A stretch of DNA of 64,000 nucleotides, taken from positions 125,812 to 189,811 of IMG/VR virus record IMGVR_UViG_3300021387_001709; one strand, written 5' to 3'. Position numbers and translations under genes: made by a program. Numbering within the stretch: position 1 is the stretch's first letter; every line of letters starts with the position of its first letter. Below are positions 53,438 through 63,225 of this stretch, piece after piece. The notes beneath the pieces were generated by a model. The model ran no database searches. It worked only from the letters and a program-made list of their open reading frames with translations, and was not told the origin of the DNA. This DNA comes from a virus. Taxonomy: Duplodnaviria; Caudoviricetes.

Positions 53438-54349
53438 TTGGCAAAGAAAGGATCTGAATGGACAGATGAAGAGATAAAAATACTAGAAGAGTGTTATAGC
53501 AAATATATGCCAATGTCCGAAGTTATTAAAATGCTTCCGAAAAGAACGACTGGAGCTATTTCTTCAAAGGCTAAAAAAATTGGATTAACAAAAAAATACA
53601 TTAAAACAAATAACGCAAAATATAGTGCCGATTATAATGATTATGATTGGTGCTATGAACGTTTTATTAATAGATGTATGTCAGCCGAAGAAATAGCAGA
53701 AGAATCTGGATACTCAAAGAGAGTAATTGAAAAATGGCTATATGAGAAGCATCGCTTAGACTATAAACGAGATTTTAGATTAAATGATTTACAAAAAATG
53801 TTGGTTATTTCTGGATGTCTTGGTGATGGGCATATAGCAAAAAAGCATTCTGTATATATTGAGTCACATGCGGAAAATCAGAAGGATTATATGTTTTGGA
53901 AGTTTAATATATTAAAAAACATGTGTAAATTAAAAGGGCCAACGTGTTATCCAGCGAAAATAAAATGGTTTAATAATAAGTCTTATGAATGTCAAGCATC
54001 ATATAGAATAACAACTAGAGAAATCGACCAGTTGGCTAAAATTAGAGATATGACACGATATGATAAAATTGATTATCTGGATGATTTTGGATTTTCAACT
54101 CATTTTTTGGACGATGGTTATTATAATGGATATGACTGGGAAATATGTTTAGCTGAGTGGAGTAAGGAAGAGAAGGATTTATATATTAGAAAATTAAAAG
54201 AACTTTTTAATGCTATTGCATGGTATCAAAAAGACACAAGATATATCACACTTGATAAAGAATCAAGCGATATAATGAATAAAATAATTTTAGAGAATGT
54301 ACCGAGTAATTTAGATATTATTAAATATAAGGTATTAAAGGTGGCATAA
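53438..54349 (+). CDS. free-standing LAGLIDADG homing endonuclease with N-terminal HTH
   Basis: ISGCLGDGHI and THFLDDG; AT-rich; abuts dnaE. Confidence 0.8.
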   Translation: MAKKGSEWTDEEIKILEECYSKYMPMSEVIKMLPKRTTGAISSKAKKIGLTKKYIKTNNAKYSADYNDYDWCYERFINRCMSAEEIAEESGYSKRVIEKWLYEKHRLDYKRDFRLNDLQKMLVISGCLGDGHIAKKHSVYIESHAENQKDYMFWKFNILKNMCKLKGPTCYPAKIKWFNNKSYECQASYRITTREIDQLAKIRDMTRYDKIDYLDDFGFSTHFLDDGYYNGYDWEICLAEWSKEEKDLYIRKLKELFNAIAWYQKDTRYITLDKESSDIMNKIILENVPSNLDIIKYKVLKVA

Positions 54350-57300
54350 ATGGGTAATAATTATACCGTGCTTCATTTACATAGTATGGATTCCAACCCT
54401 AAAAGTGGTTTAACAATAGATTCAGTAACACCGTTTCAGGATTATATATTAAAAGCAAAAGAATGTGGTATGACAGCTATCGCTTTTACAGAACATGGCG
54501 CTGTACTACATAACGTTGCTAAAAAGCAGATGTGTGAAAAGAATGGAATAAAATACATCCACGGTCAAGAATTTTATATAACAGAAACAATCGATAAAGA
54601 AAATTTAGTGAGAGATAATTATCATCTTATAATGCTTGCTAAAAATAAAGAGGGCGTTAGAGAGATTAATTATCTCTCATCAATAGCTAATAACCGGGAG
54701 GATGGACATTATTATTACACACCAAGGATTGAATTATCTGATATCCTTAATACTTCTGATAATGTTTTAATACTTACCGCTTGTTGTGCCGGAATTTTAT
54801 GTAGAGGGACATCTTCAGTAAAAGAAAAATTTCTCACATTTATAATCAATAATAAACATCGTTGTTGGTTAGAAATACAACCGCATAAGTTCGATACTCA
54901 AATTCAGTATAATCAGTATCTTTATAAAATATCACAGGAATTCAATATCCCTCTTGTTGCCACGAGTGATGTGCATGCAGTATCTAAAGATCACTTAATG
55001 GGAAGAGCCGTCATGCAAAAATCAAAAAAAATTGTGTTTCATGATGAGGATGAATGTGATTTAAGCTGGCATGATTATAACGAAATGATTGATGCTTTTA
55101 AAACACAGGATTCGCTCCCGGAAGAAGTTTATCTTACTGCAATAGCTGAAACAAATCATATTGCAGAGTTAATTGAAGACTATAAACTTGATTATAGCAA
55201 TAAATATCCTAGAAGAGAAAATGCGGAAGAGGAATTTAAAAAACGTATCAAGGATGGAATTAAAGAACATAAACTTGAAGAGCTACCAAATTATGAGACT
55301 GATTATCTTCCGAGGATAAAAGAAGAATTCGACACATATAAGCATAATGATGCTATAGATTTTATGTTGCTTGACTCTGATTATAAAAATTGGATGAGAG
55401 AACAAGGCATGTATTATGGACCATCAAGAGGATCTGTGTCAGGCAGTTTAATTGCATGGCTTATACATAGCACTGATGTCGATTCTGTAAAATATAATTT
55501 GAATTTTTCTAGGTTTATGAACCCAGACCGCCAATCGTTGGCCGACGTGGATACAGATATTTATGCCGAAGATAGGTATAAAGTGCGAGAATATTTCTTT
55601 AATCGTCCCGACGTATATTGTTGTAACATTCTTACTTTTAATACAATAAAAATGAGAGGCGCCATTAAAGACGTTGCAAGGGCATTTGATATGCCAATTG
55701 ATGAAGCACAAAAAATTTCTAATACCGTCTATGAAGATGACAAAAAAAATGAGTTCGTTCCAGATGAAATAAGAAAAAAATATCCAGAACTATTTTTTTA
55801 TGTGGATATGGTCATGGGAACAATAGTATCGCTTGGGCGACACGCAGCCGGAATAGTAGTTTCTCCAACTGATTTAAGATATGATTTTGGGACTCTTACG
55901 GTTGATACAGACCCCCGTCCTGTTAGTCAGATTGACATGCATGAAATTGATTCTTTAAATTATGTCAAGATGGATCTTCTTGGATTAAATGCTGTCGGGT
56001 TAATAAACAAAGCATGTAAGTTGGCCGGGATACCAAATCTTACTCCAGATATGGTTGATTTCACGGACGAGAATATTATTAAATCAATTGCTGAAGATGC
56101 AACAATGATATTCCAGTTCGAGTCTGATTATGCTGGAGAAGCATTGGGCAAAGTATTTAGCCCAAAGACTGTTGACAAAATTAAGAAGAAAAATAAAAAC
56201 ATATCATATTTGGATATTATGGCAATGGCGTCAGGTGCAATTCGACCGGCTGGTGAATCATATAGAGATGCATTATTCAATGGTGAGTATCACGATAACG
56301 GTGAAGAAGCCCTAAATAATTTTTTAGTTTCTACACTTGGGTACCTCGTTTACCAAGAGCAGATTATAGATTTTTTACATGATTTCTGTGGTTTTACAAT
56401 GGGTCAAGCCGATATTATTAGAAGAGGATTTGCCAAAAAAACTGGTACTGAAAAATATATACCTATTATTAAAGATGGTGGATATATGGATGATATTCAC
56501 GGTAATAAAGATGATAGATATGTTCCTGGATATATACATATAGCACAAGAAAAATATGGTATGACAAAAGAACATGCTGAAAAAAGTATTGAGTATTTTC
56601 TTGGTGTAATAGAGGATGCCTCGTCATATATTTTTTCAAAAAATCATTCGGTACCTTACAGCATGATTGGATGGTATATTGGATATTTACGCTACTATTA
56701 TCCGCTTCAGCTTTTTACTGCTGCTTTAAATGTATATAAAGCGAACGAATCCAAGATGATTGAGATAAAAACATATGTAAAATCAAAAGGTATTCAGATT
56801 AGACCCATTAGATTCGGGAAATCTCGTGCAGACTATTTTATGGATGTAAAAGAAAATTGTATTTACAATGATATTGAATCTATCAAAGAGTGCAATGCAA
56901 AAATGGCAGAAGAGTTATATGAATTGAGCAAGAATCATTATAACGATTTTGTGGATCTTCTATTTGATATAAAAGAAAATACATCGGTAAATAAAACTCA
57001 GTTGGATATTCTTATAAAGCTAGGATTTTTTAGCGATTTTGGTGATATAAATCAGTTATTACAAATTACTGGGCAGTTTGATAAATTATACGGCAAAAAA
57101 TCAATCAAAAAGGACTCACCGTTCGTAAAGCTACTCACAGAGGAAACACTACGAAAATTCTGCGATTCCGAAACTCCGACACATGTTGACGAAATTGACT
57201 ACAATCTGTATCTACGTTCACTCGGTATAATTAATATCGAAGAAGAACTCCAGGATTGTATTAAATACAAGTATGAAAAACATGATGACGGCACTAAGGA

Positions 57301-57835
57301 TAAAATCCCCAACGGCTATAGCTTCGCAAAGATTTTTAAGAAGTATGAGATAACCGATGAGGAAAAACAGAAGTATGCAACCAAAACCGTATATGGAAAA
57401 TTTGATGGTATTCATACTAGGCAACTACTGAAATATTTATTAAACATATGTCAGTATCCGCCGTGTTCTGTTAAACAGAAAATCAAATATGAAGAGGAAC
57501 TTCTCGGCTATATTGATTATAAAGACCCAAAACTTCCCAAGAATTATTTCGTAGTCACGCAGCTTGACGATAAGTACTCGCCGAAGTTTACCGCATACTG
57601 CTTAAATAACGGCTCAACAGCCGAAATGAGAGTGCGTAAAAAGCGTAATCCCAAAAATCGCAATGACAAATGCAAGAAATCGTTTACCGATCAGCCGTTT
57701 GAGAATGGAGATATTTTATATCTAATATCCTGGGGGAAAGAACCTAAGATGAGAAAAACAGACACCGGGTGGGAGAGAGACCCGTCGGTTATGTATATTT
57801 GGATGTATGATTATGATCTAATTGACAATTTGTAA
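54350..57835 (+). CDS. dnaE: DNA polymerase III alpha subunit (family C)
   Basis: PHP domain LHLHS/FTEHG; RGSVSGS; DVDTD; RHAAG; KMDLLGL; YQEQ; FSKNHS. Confidence 0.95.
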   Translation: MGNNYTVLHLHSMDSNPKSGLTIDSVTPFQDYILKAKECGMTAIAFTEHGAVLHNVAKKQMCEKNGIKYIHGQEFYITETIDKENLVRDNYHLIMLAKNKEGVREINYLSSIANNREDGHYYYTPRIELSDILNTSDNVLILTACCAGILCRGTSSVKEKFLTFIINNKHRCWLEIQPHKFDTQIQYNQYLYKISQEFNIPLVATSDVHAVSKDHLMGRAVMQKSKKIVFHDEDECDLSWHDYNEMIDAFKTQDSLPEEVYLTAIAETNHIAELIEDYKLDYSNKYPRRENAEEEFKKRIKDGIKEHKLEELPNYETDYLPRIKEEFDTYKHNDAIDFMLLDSDYKNWMREQGMYYGPSRGSVSGSLIAWLIHSTDVDSVKYNLNFSRFMNPDRQSLADVDTDIYAEDRYKVREYFFNRPDVYCCNILTFNTIKMRGAIKDVARAFDMPIDEAQKISNTVYEDDKKNEFVPDEIRKKYPELFFYVDMVMGTIVSLGRHAAGIVVSPTDLRYDFGTLTVDTDPRPVSQIDMHEIDSLNYVKMDLLGLNAVGLINKACKLAGIPNLTPDMVDFTDENIIKSIAEDATMIFQFESDYAGEALGKVFSPKTVDKIKKKNKNISYLDIMAMASGAIRPAGESYRDALFNGEYHDNGEEALNNFLVSTLGYLVYQEQIIDFLHDFCGFTMGQADIIRRGFAKKTGTEKYIPIIKDGGYMDDIHGNKDDRYVPGYIHIAQEKYGMTKEHAEKSIEYFLGVIEDASSYIFSKNHSVPYSMIGWYIGYLRYYYPLQLFTAALNVYKANESKMIEIKTYVKSKGIQIRPIRFGKSRADYFMDVKENCIYNDIESIKECNAKMAEELYELSKNHYNDFVDLLFDIKENTSVNKTQLDILIKLGFFSDFGDINQLLQITGQFDKLYGKKSIKKDSPFVKLLTEETLRKFCDSETPTHVDEIDYNLYLRSLGIINIEEELQDCIKYKYEKHDDGTKDKIPNGYSFAKIFKKYEITDEEKQKYATKTVYGKFDGIHTRQLLKYLLNICQYPPCSVKQKIKYEEELLGYIDYKDPKLPKNYFVVTQLDDKYSPKFTAYCLNNGSTAEMRVRKKRNPKNRNDKCKKSFTDQPFENGDILYLISWGKEPKMRKTDTGWERDPSVMYIWMYDYDLIDNL

Positions 57836-57847
57836 GGAGTAATCATT

Positions 57848-58378
57848 ATGAAAATAGATGAAATATTAAATGAAATTAATAGTCTTTCCGATGAATATAA
57901 ACAAAAAATATTAGCCGAATTAAGAAAAGTAATCGAAGAAAAATACAATAGCCAAATTCGAGAAAATGTCAACACTAATAGGAAATATGTTGGAAAATGT
58001 TATTGTGAAGATACGCGCCCGAAAAATGGTATATTCCCTAAAATGAAAAAATATTACAAAATAATTTCAGAAAGATCAAACAATGATGATTATGTTTCGG
58101 CGCTTATATTCTATGAACATCCATTATATTGGTTTGATTATAAAAGGTCAGCCATAAGTCGTCCTGGGGATTATTTTTTAGGTAACTTTGATTTTTATGG
58201 GTTTTATGTAGATGATATATGGAATAGAACTTTAAATACAATGAAAGAAATTACGAACGACGAATATAATACCGCAGCGCGAAAACACACTGACGAATTA
58301 TTAGAATTAAAATGGAGTGCCGATCATTATCGATTTGGCGGAAAATTACCTACTGATTCAGATTGGGAGAAACAGTGA
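57848..58378 (+). CDS. hypothetical protein
   Basis: AT-rich ORF with RBS. Confidence 0.7.
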   Translation: MKIDEILNEINSLSDEYKQKILAELRKVIEEKYNSQIRENVNTNRKYVGKCYCEDTRPKNGIFPKMKKYYKIISERSNNDDYVSALIFYEHPLYWFDYKRSAISRPGDYFLGNFDFYGFYVDDIWNRTLNTMKEITNDEYNTAARKHTDELLELKWSADHYRFGGKLPTDSDWEKQ

Positions 58379-58396
58379 AATAATTTATTAAATCCC

Positions 58397-58425
58397 TTGT
58401 AAATACTGAATTATAATGCTATAAT
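58397..58425 (+). promoter_or_regulatory. sigma-A promoter
   Basis: TTGTAA-17-TATAAT with TG; TAATTTATTAAA upstream. Confidence 0.7.
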
Positions 58426-58442
58426 AGAGGAGTAACAAATAG

Positions 58443-59144
58443 ATGAACAAACCACTTAATAACCCGATTAAAGTACTGGAACTATTCTCCGGCTTTGAGT
58501 GCATGAGTAATGCATTCAGAGAACGAGGATGTCAGTGCTTTACCGTTGATTATGACGAACGTTTTCCGAGTGACCTTCACAAGGACATTCGGGACATAAC
58601 TGCCGAAGAGATACTTACTCTCTTTGGCAAACCCGATATAATTTTCCTCGGCACTGATTGCACCACATACTCCGTGGCTGCAATCGGTCGTCACCGAACC
58701 AAGGAACCTAGCGGAAATCTCGCACCCAAAACCGATAAAGCCCGTCTTGCGGACGAACTCAACATCCATTGCATAGAGCTAATAAAACAATTAAATCCCA
58801 CAATTCAAATTTGGGAGAATCCCGTCGGCGCTCTCCGCAAGATGGATTTCATGAAGTGTATTCCGTATATCAATACTACCACATATTGCCAGTACGGTTT
58901 CAGTTACCGCAAGGCTACGGACTTTTTTAGCAACATCAATCTTCATTTGAAACCACCTTGCAAAAATGGCGACCCATGTCATGAACCGGCAAGTCGAGGT
59001 GCCAGAACCGGTCTCCAGGCTATCAAAGACCCAGCACTAAAGGCTATATATCCGCCGGAACTTTGCAAGGACATTGTCACACAATGCTTAAAAGTTATTT
59101 TCAGTGGCGAGAAACCGCCGCTTTTTAAAGAACCTATTGATTAA
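58443..59144 (+). CDS. short C5 cytosine methyltransferase-like protein
   Basis: VLELFSG, TDCTTYS, WENP, YCQYG..RKAT. Confidence 0.7.
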   Translation: MNKPLNNPIKVLELFSGFECMSNAFRERGCQCFTVDYDERFPSDLHKDIRDITAEEILTLFGKPDIIFLGTDCTTYSVAAIGRHRTKEPSGNLAPKTDKARLADELNIHCIELIKQLNPTIQIWENPVGALRKMDFMKCIPYINTTTYCQYGFSYRKATDFFSNINLHLKPPCKNGDPCHEPASRGARTGLQAIKDPALKAIYPPELCKDIVTQCLKVIFSGEKPPLFKEPID

Positions 59145-59159
59145 TTATTAAAGGAGAAT

Positions 59160-59864
59160 ATGATTATGAGCCATTTTGCGGTAGCGGTTATACACCGAGA
59201 TGACCAATCAGTAGAAGAATTATTGGCACCATATAATGAGAACCTCGATGTTGAGCCATACATAGAATACACCAAAGACGAAGCGATAGCATATGCCAGA
59301 GAACATTATCTGGACAAAAATGCCTCAGATGAAGCTTGTTATGAGTATATGGTGGATGATTATATTGTCGATGATAATGGAAACTTGCTTTCCACATATA
59401 ATCCAAAATCCAAATGGGATTGGTGGATGCCTGGAGGAAGGTATTCGGGATTACTAAAGAATAAAAATGGAACTCCAATCGATGAAGGCAGAATTAAAGA
59501 TTTAGATCTTGATTTAGACGAGGCGGAATACCAATATCGTTTGAGATACTGGGATGTTGTAGTCAATGATTCGCCGCTGAAACCCGGAGAAACTAATGAC
59601 TCTTTTTTCAACAGGTTCAAGAAAGAGTATTACACTCGCCGTTATAGGGACGCAGAAACATACGCCAAAATTATGACAACATTTTCCACATATGCGGTAG
59701 TAACTCCGGATGGTGAATGGCATGCCCCGGGCAACATGGGATGGTTTGGTATGAGTGATGAGTCTGATGAATCGTGGATTGATTGGGTTAGTAACTATGA
59801 TGATAGATTTATTAGCGGTTCAGACCCCAATTGGATATTGACTATAGTAGATTGCCATATTTAA
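59160..59864 (+). CDS. conserved hypothetical phage protein
   Basis: SHFAVAV, YNPKSKWDWW..GGR, TPDGEW...G.MGWFG, VDCHI. Confidence 0.8.
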   Translation: MIMSHFAVAVIHRDDQSVEELLAPYNENLDVEPYIEYTKDEAIAYAREHYLDKNASDEACYEYMVDDYIVDDNGNLLSTYNPKSKWDWWMPGGRYSGLLKNKNGTPIDEGRIKDLDLDLDEAEYQYRLRYWDVVVNDSPLKPGETNDSFFNRFKKEYYTRRYRDAETYAKIMTTFSTYAVVTPDGEWHAPGNMGWFGMSDESDESWIDWVSNYDDRFISGSDPNWILTIVDCHI

Positions 59865-59876
59865 TGAGGAGGATCA

Positions 59877-60410
59877 ATGTTATTAGAGAATTACCGATAC
59901 ACATAGAAGGAACAGGATGAACTGTTGAAGAGTATTACGATTGTTTGTGATACCAGAGAACAGAAGAACGAACATATCACTTCGTACTTCGACAGCAAAA
60001 AAATCCCGTGGATAAGTAAAAAATTAGACACGGCAGATTACACATTTATGATCCCGAAAAACGAGGAACTCGGCATAACTCGTGATTTATGGTTCGATAA
60101 AGAATGTGTGATAGAGCGGAAGAATAGTTTAGAAGAAATCAGCGGCTGCCTAACTCAGTCCAGGGATCGGCTTAAAAAGGAATTCGCTTTAGCTCCGGAA
60201 AACAAGATAATGATCATCGAGAACGCAACATACTCCGACATGGTACTCGGCAACTATGATACGAAGTATGATGCTAAGAGCTTCTGGGCCAGTTACCATA
60301 GCTTTTGGAACGAGTTCAATTTACCGATTATGTTTATTCCGGACAAAAAATATACCGGAATGTTTATCAGAGGACATTTTTATTATTACGTGAGAAACAT
60401 AATTAAATAA
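59877..60410 (+). CDS. ERCC4/XPF-family nuclease (in-frame TAG at codon 10 if started at 59877; stop-free from 59925)
   Basis: DTREQ, ADY, IERKNSLEE. Confidence 0.8.
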
Positions 60411-60421
60411 GGAGAAAGATT

Positions 60422-60874
60422 ATGATTAATTTTATTAATGCAGATATAAAACTCGCACCCCAGGGTTATACAATCGTCAGTGCGTTTTCAGCCGACTTTA
60501 ATTGTAGCGTCGGTATCAATAAAGTAATGGATCAGATGTTTAATATTGAGAAACGTAAATCCAATATTAAAGTATTTAAGGGCGGTAAGCTTGCCCGACT
60601 TGATAATTTATATATGCTGCTTGTTAAAGATATGAGTTATGATAAACCGGTGTTTGATAATCTTATTGCTTGTCTTGAGGAGTTCAAAACCAAGTGTAAA
60701 AAGAACGGTATCACAAAAGTTGCCATGCCGGCAATTTGTACCGGGAAAAATGGTTTTGCCGTTGATGATGTAATTCAGGCAATCGATGAGATATTTTTTG
60801 ACACTAATATTAATATTGTTATGTATGTAGGCGATGAAGTATTTAGATATGTTTGTTCCGCATATGAGGATTAA
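60422..60874 (+). CDS. macrodomain protein (TARG1/DarG-like, divergent)
   Basis: SADF..S.GI, LLVK..SYDKP....L..CL, VAMPAICTGKNG. Confidence 0.7.
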   Translation: MINFINADIKLAPQGYTIVSAFSADFNCSVGINKVMDQMFNIEKRKSNIKVFKGGKLARLDNLYMLLVKDMSYDKPVFDNLIACLEEFKTKCKKNGITKVAMPAICTGKNGFAVDDVIQAIDEIFFDTNINIVMYVGDEVFRYVCSAYED

Positions 60875-60876
60875 TT

Positions 60877-62118
60877 ATGAGCGATTATAAGCCTGTGTAT
60901 TTAGTAATGGTATCATCAAATAATAACAATAAATACTATCGTATGCTGGCGAATACCGACGGCGAAACTTTTACGGTTCAGTATGGCAGAGTAGGGGCGA
61001 GTTCTCAGACGAGGACTTATCCCCTACGAGACTGGGATAAGAAATACAACGAAAAAATCCGCAAAGGGTATACCGATCAGACACATTTGATGGAAGATTT
61101 AATCACCGTTGTTAAACCAAAAGTTGATACGCCAGAGTATAAAGCAATCGAAAATGCTGCCATAGCAGAGATTGTTGATCGCTTAATGAGTATGGCTAAG
61201 AAAAAGGTTCAGCAGAATTACCGTGTGGAATCAAATCAAGTTACTCAGGCGATGGTTGACGAAGCACAGAGAATAATTGATAGCCTTATAACGATAACAA
61301 CGATTAAAGCGTTTAATGAGGAATTGATGGAACTGTTTACCACGATTCCGCGAAAAATGAGTAATGTTAATGATTATCTGGCTAAGACAACCGATGATTT
61401 TTCTCGCATTATTAAAGATGAACAGGATTTGCTTGATGTTATGCGAGGCCAGGTAATCACTCACTCGGCTATGGATGATGAGCAGACGGTTCGAGTCGAT
61501 AGTGTTGAAAATTCTCCGAAGAATGACAAGACCATTCTTGAGGCTATGGGGATTGTGATGGAACCGGTAAATGATACAGAAATTGAAGTCATTAAAGATA
61601 TGTTAGGTGATTGCAAAGATAAATTCTATCAAGCATGGAGAGTAACCAACTTGGCTACACAAAAACGATTTGATGATTTTGTTGATAAAGAAAATATTAA
61701 AGATGTTAGGTTATTCTGGCATGGGAGCAGAAATGAGAACTGGTGGTCAATTATCAATAATGGTTTGATGATTAGACCTACAAATGCCGTATACACAGGC
61801 TCGATGTTTGGAGATGCGATCTATGCCTCGCCAACTGCACGGAAATCTCTTGGGTATACTTCATTAAGCGGTTCTTACTGGGCAAGGGGGAATTCTTCAT
61901 CTGCTTTTATGGCATTAATGAATTTTCATTATGGTAAGCCATATAATGTATATTCATTTGATAGTAAATATTACGGATATAATTATCAGAAACTTCAGAA
62001 CGATTGCCCTGGAGCAAATTGTCTTCATGCTCATGCTGGCTCTATGCTAAGAAATGATGAGATTGTTTTTTATAACGTTGATCAGGTAACTATTAAATAT
62101 TTGGTTGAACTAAGGTAA
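60877..62118 (+). CDS. PARP-like ADP-ribosyltransferase (WGR, regulatory and catalytic domains)
   Basis: NNNKYY..YGRVG..K..KGY (WGR); LFTTIPR; WHGSR, MFGDAIYAS..KS.GY, NDEIVFY (H-Y-E triad). Confidence 0.85.
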   Translation: MSDYKPVYLVMVSSNNNNKYYRMLANTDGETFTVQYGRVGASSQTRTYPLRDWDKKYNEKIRKGYTDQTHLMEDLITVVKPKVDTPEYKAIENAAIAEIVDRLMSMAKKKVQQNYRVESNQVTQAMVDEAQRIIDSLITITTIKAFNEELMELFTTIPRKMSNVNDYLAKTTDDFSRIIKDEQDLLDVMRGQVITHSAMDDEQTVRVDSVENSPKNDKTILEAMGIVMEPVNDTEIEVIKDMLGDCKDKFYQAWRVTNLATQKRFDDFVDKENIKDVRLFWHGSRNENWWSIINNGLMIRPTNAVYTGSMFGDAIYASPTARKSLGYTSLSGSYWARGNSSSAFMALMNFHYGKPYNVYSFDSKYYGYNYQKLQNDCPGANCLHAHAGSMLRNDEIVFYNVDQVTIKYLVELR

Positions 62119-62819
62119 TAATATGAGTAATGATGTAATAGAAACTGATAATTTTCTCCTGAATGATGTTTATAACTATCTTATCAAAGATACGCTTATT
62201 CCGGGAGAAAGTCCCAATATTGCTAATCGACTAAATGATATATCAGTATTGGAGAAATCTCGCGGAAAGCTGCGATTTAAGAAACACAAGGATAAAAAGT
62301 CCGTAATTCAAGCGGGAGATACTGTTGCTAATAACGGCATTAAAGCAGAGGTAATAGACACAGATGGTGATTTGTTGTGTTGTCGGATTCACAGCACTGA
62401 CGAGATTACAGTATGGTATGTCAACGAGGTGAGAAAAATATGAAAGTATATGTTATAGAAAAAGGAATCTATTCCGATCGCCATATAATCGGCGTTGTTG
62501 AGTCCGAAGAAGAAGCAAAAAACATTGTCGAGGCCATTAAATGTGGAGATTATAAAGACGATTCAATTAGCTATGAGGAATATGACACTCGCCAGTTTTC
62601 AGATAAGCGATTAAGATATACTGTCAATAGATATAGCGACGGAGACTGGCAAGCAGAATATGATGATTATGACTTGTATAAGGAATTTAAAGAGAACGCT
62701 TGTGTTTTTTCAGATTACTACGTCATATATGCCAATTCTCCTAATCAAGCTATCAAAATCGCCCAAGATATGAGAGCAGAAGAACTGGCTCGAAAGAATG
62801 GACTAACAGAATAATCATA

Positions 62820-62868
62820 ACACAATATATAGTGTTTGAATAACAACATAGACCACAATATATAGAGG
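62820..62868. promoter_or_regulatory. tandem NrdR boxes
   Basis: ACACAATATATAGTGT (62820) and CCACAATATATAGAGG (62853). Confidence 0.65.
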
Positions 62869-62917
62869 AGAATATCCAATGAAAGAAATTTTTGATTGGA
62901 TGAAAAATTTATACTAA

Positions 62918-62962
62918 TTAATTATTAAATGTATTGACGCACTAAATAATCTGTGGTATTAT
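62918..62962 (+). promoter_or_regulatory. operator motif plus sigma-A promoter
   Basis: TTAATTATTAAA at 62918; TTGACG(62934)-17-TATTAT. Confidence 0.7.
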
Positions 62963-63225
62963 CGTTAATGTAATCACCTAGAGGTAATTAAATAAGAAGG
63001 AAGGAGACATCATGAACTATCGGACATGTCCTATCTGTGGAAGAGCAATGATCCTGTGCAGTACATATGCACATGGTCAAGTACCTAAAAGAATTTTTAA
63101 ATGTGGCTGCGGTTTCCGGACAGATGTGGATATGTCCGGTTTGTCGTATGTGGATTTCTTAAACAGATATCACTTTGGTGATAAAAGTAACAATAACAAA
63201 CCGATTAATTATTAAAGGAGAATTA

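Noticed and set aside
53438-54349. Intron or intein hosting the LAGLIDADG ORF
   Set aside because: Flanking genes are intact and abut it directly; no splicing motifs seen; treated as free-standing
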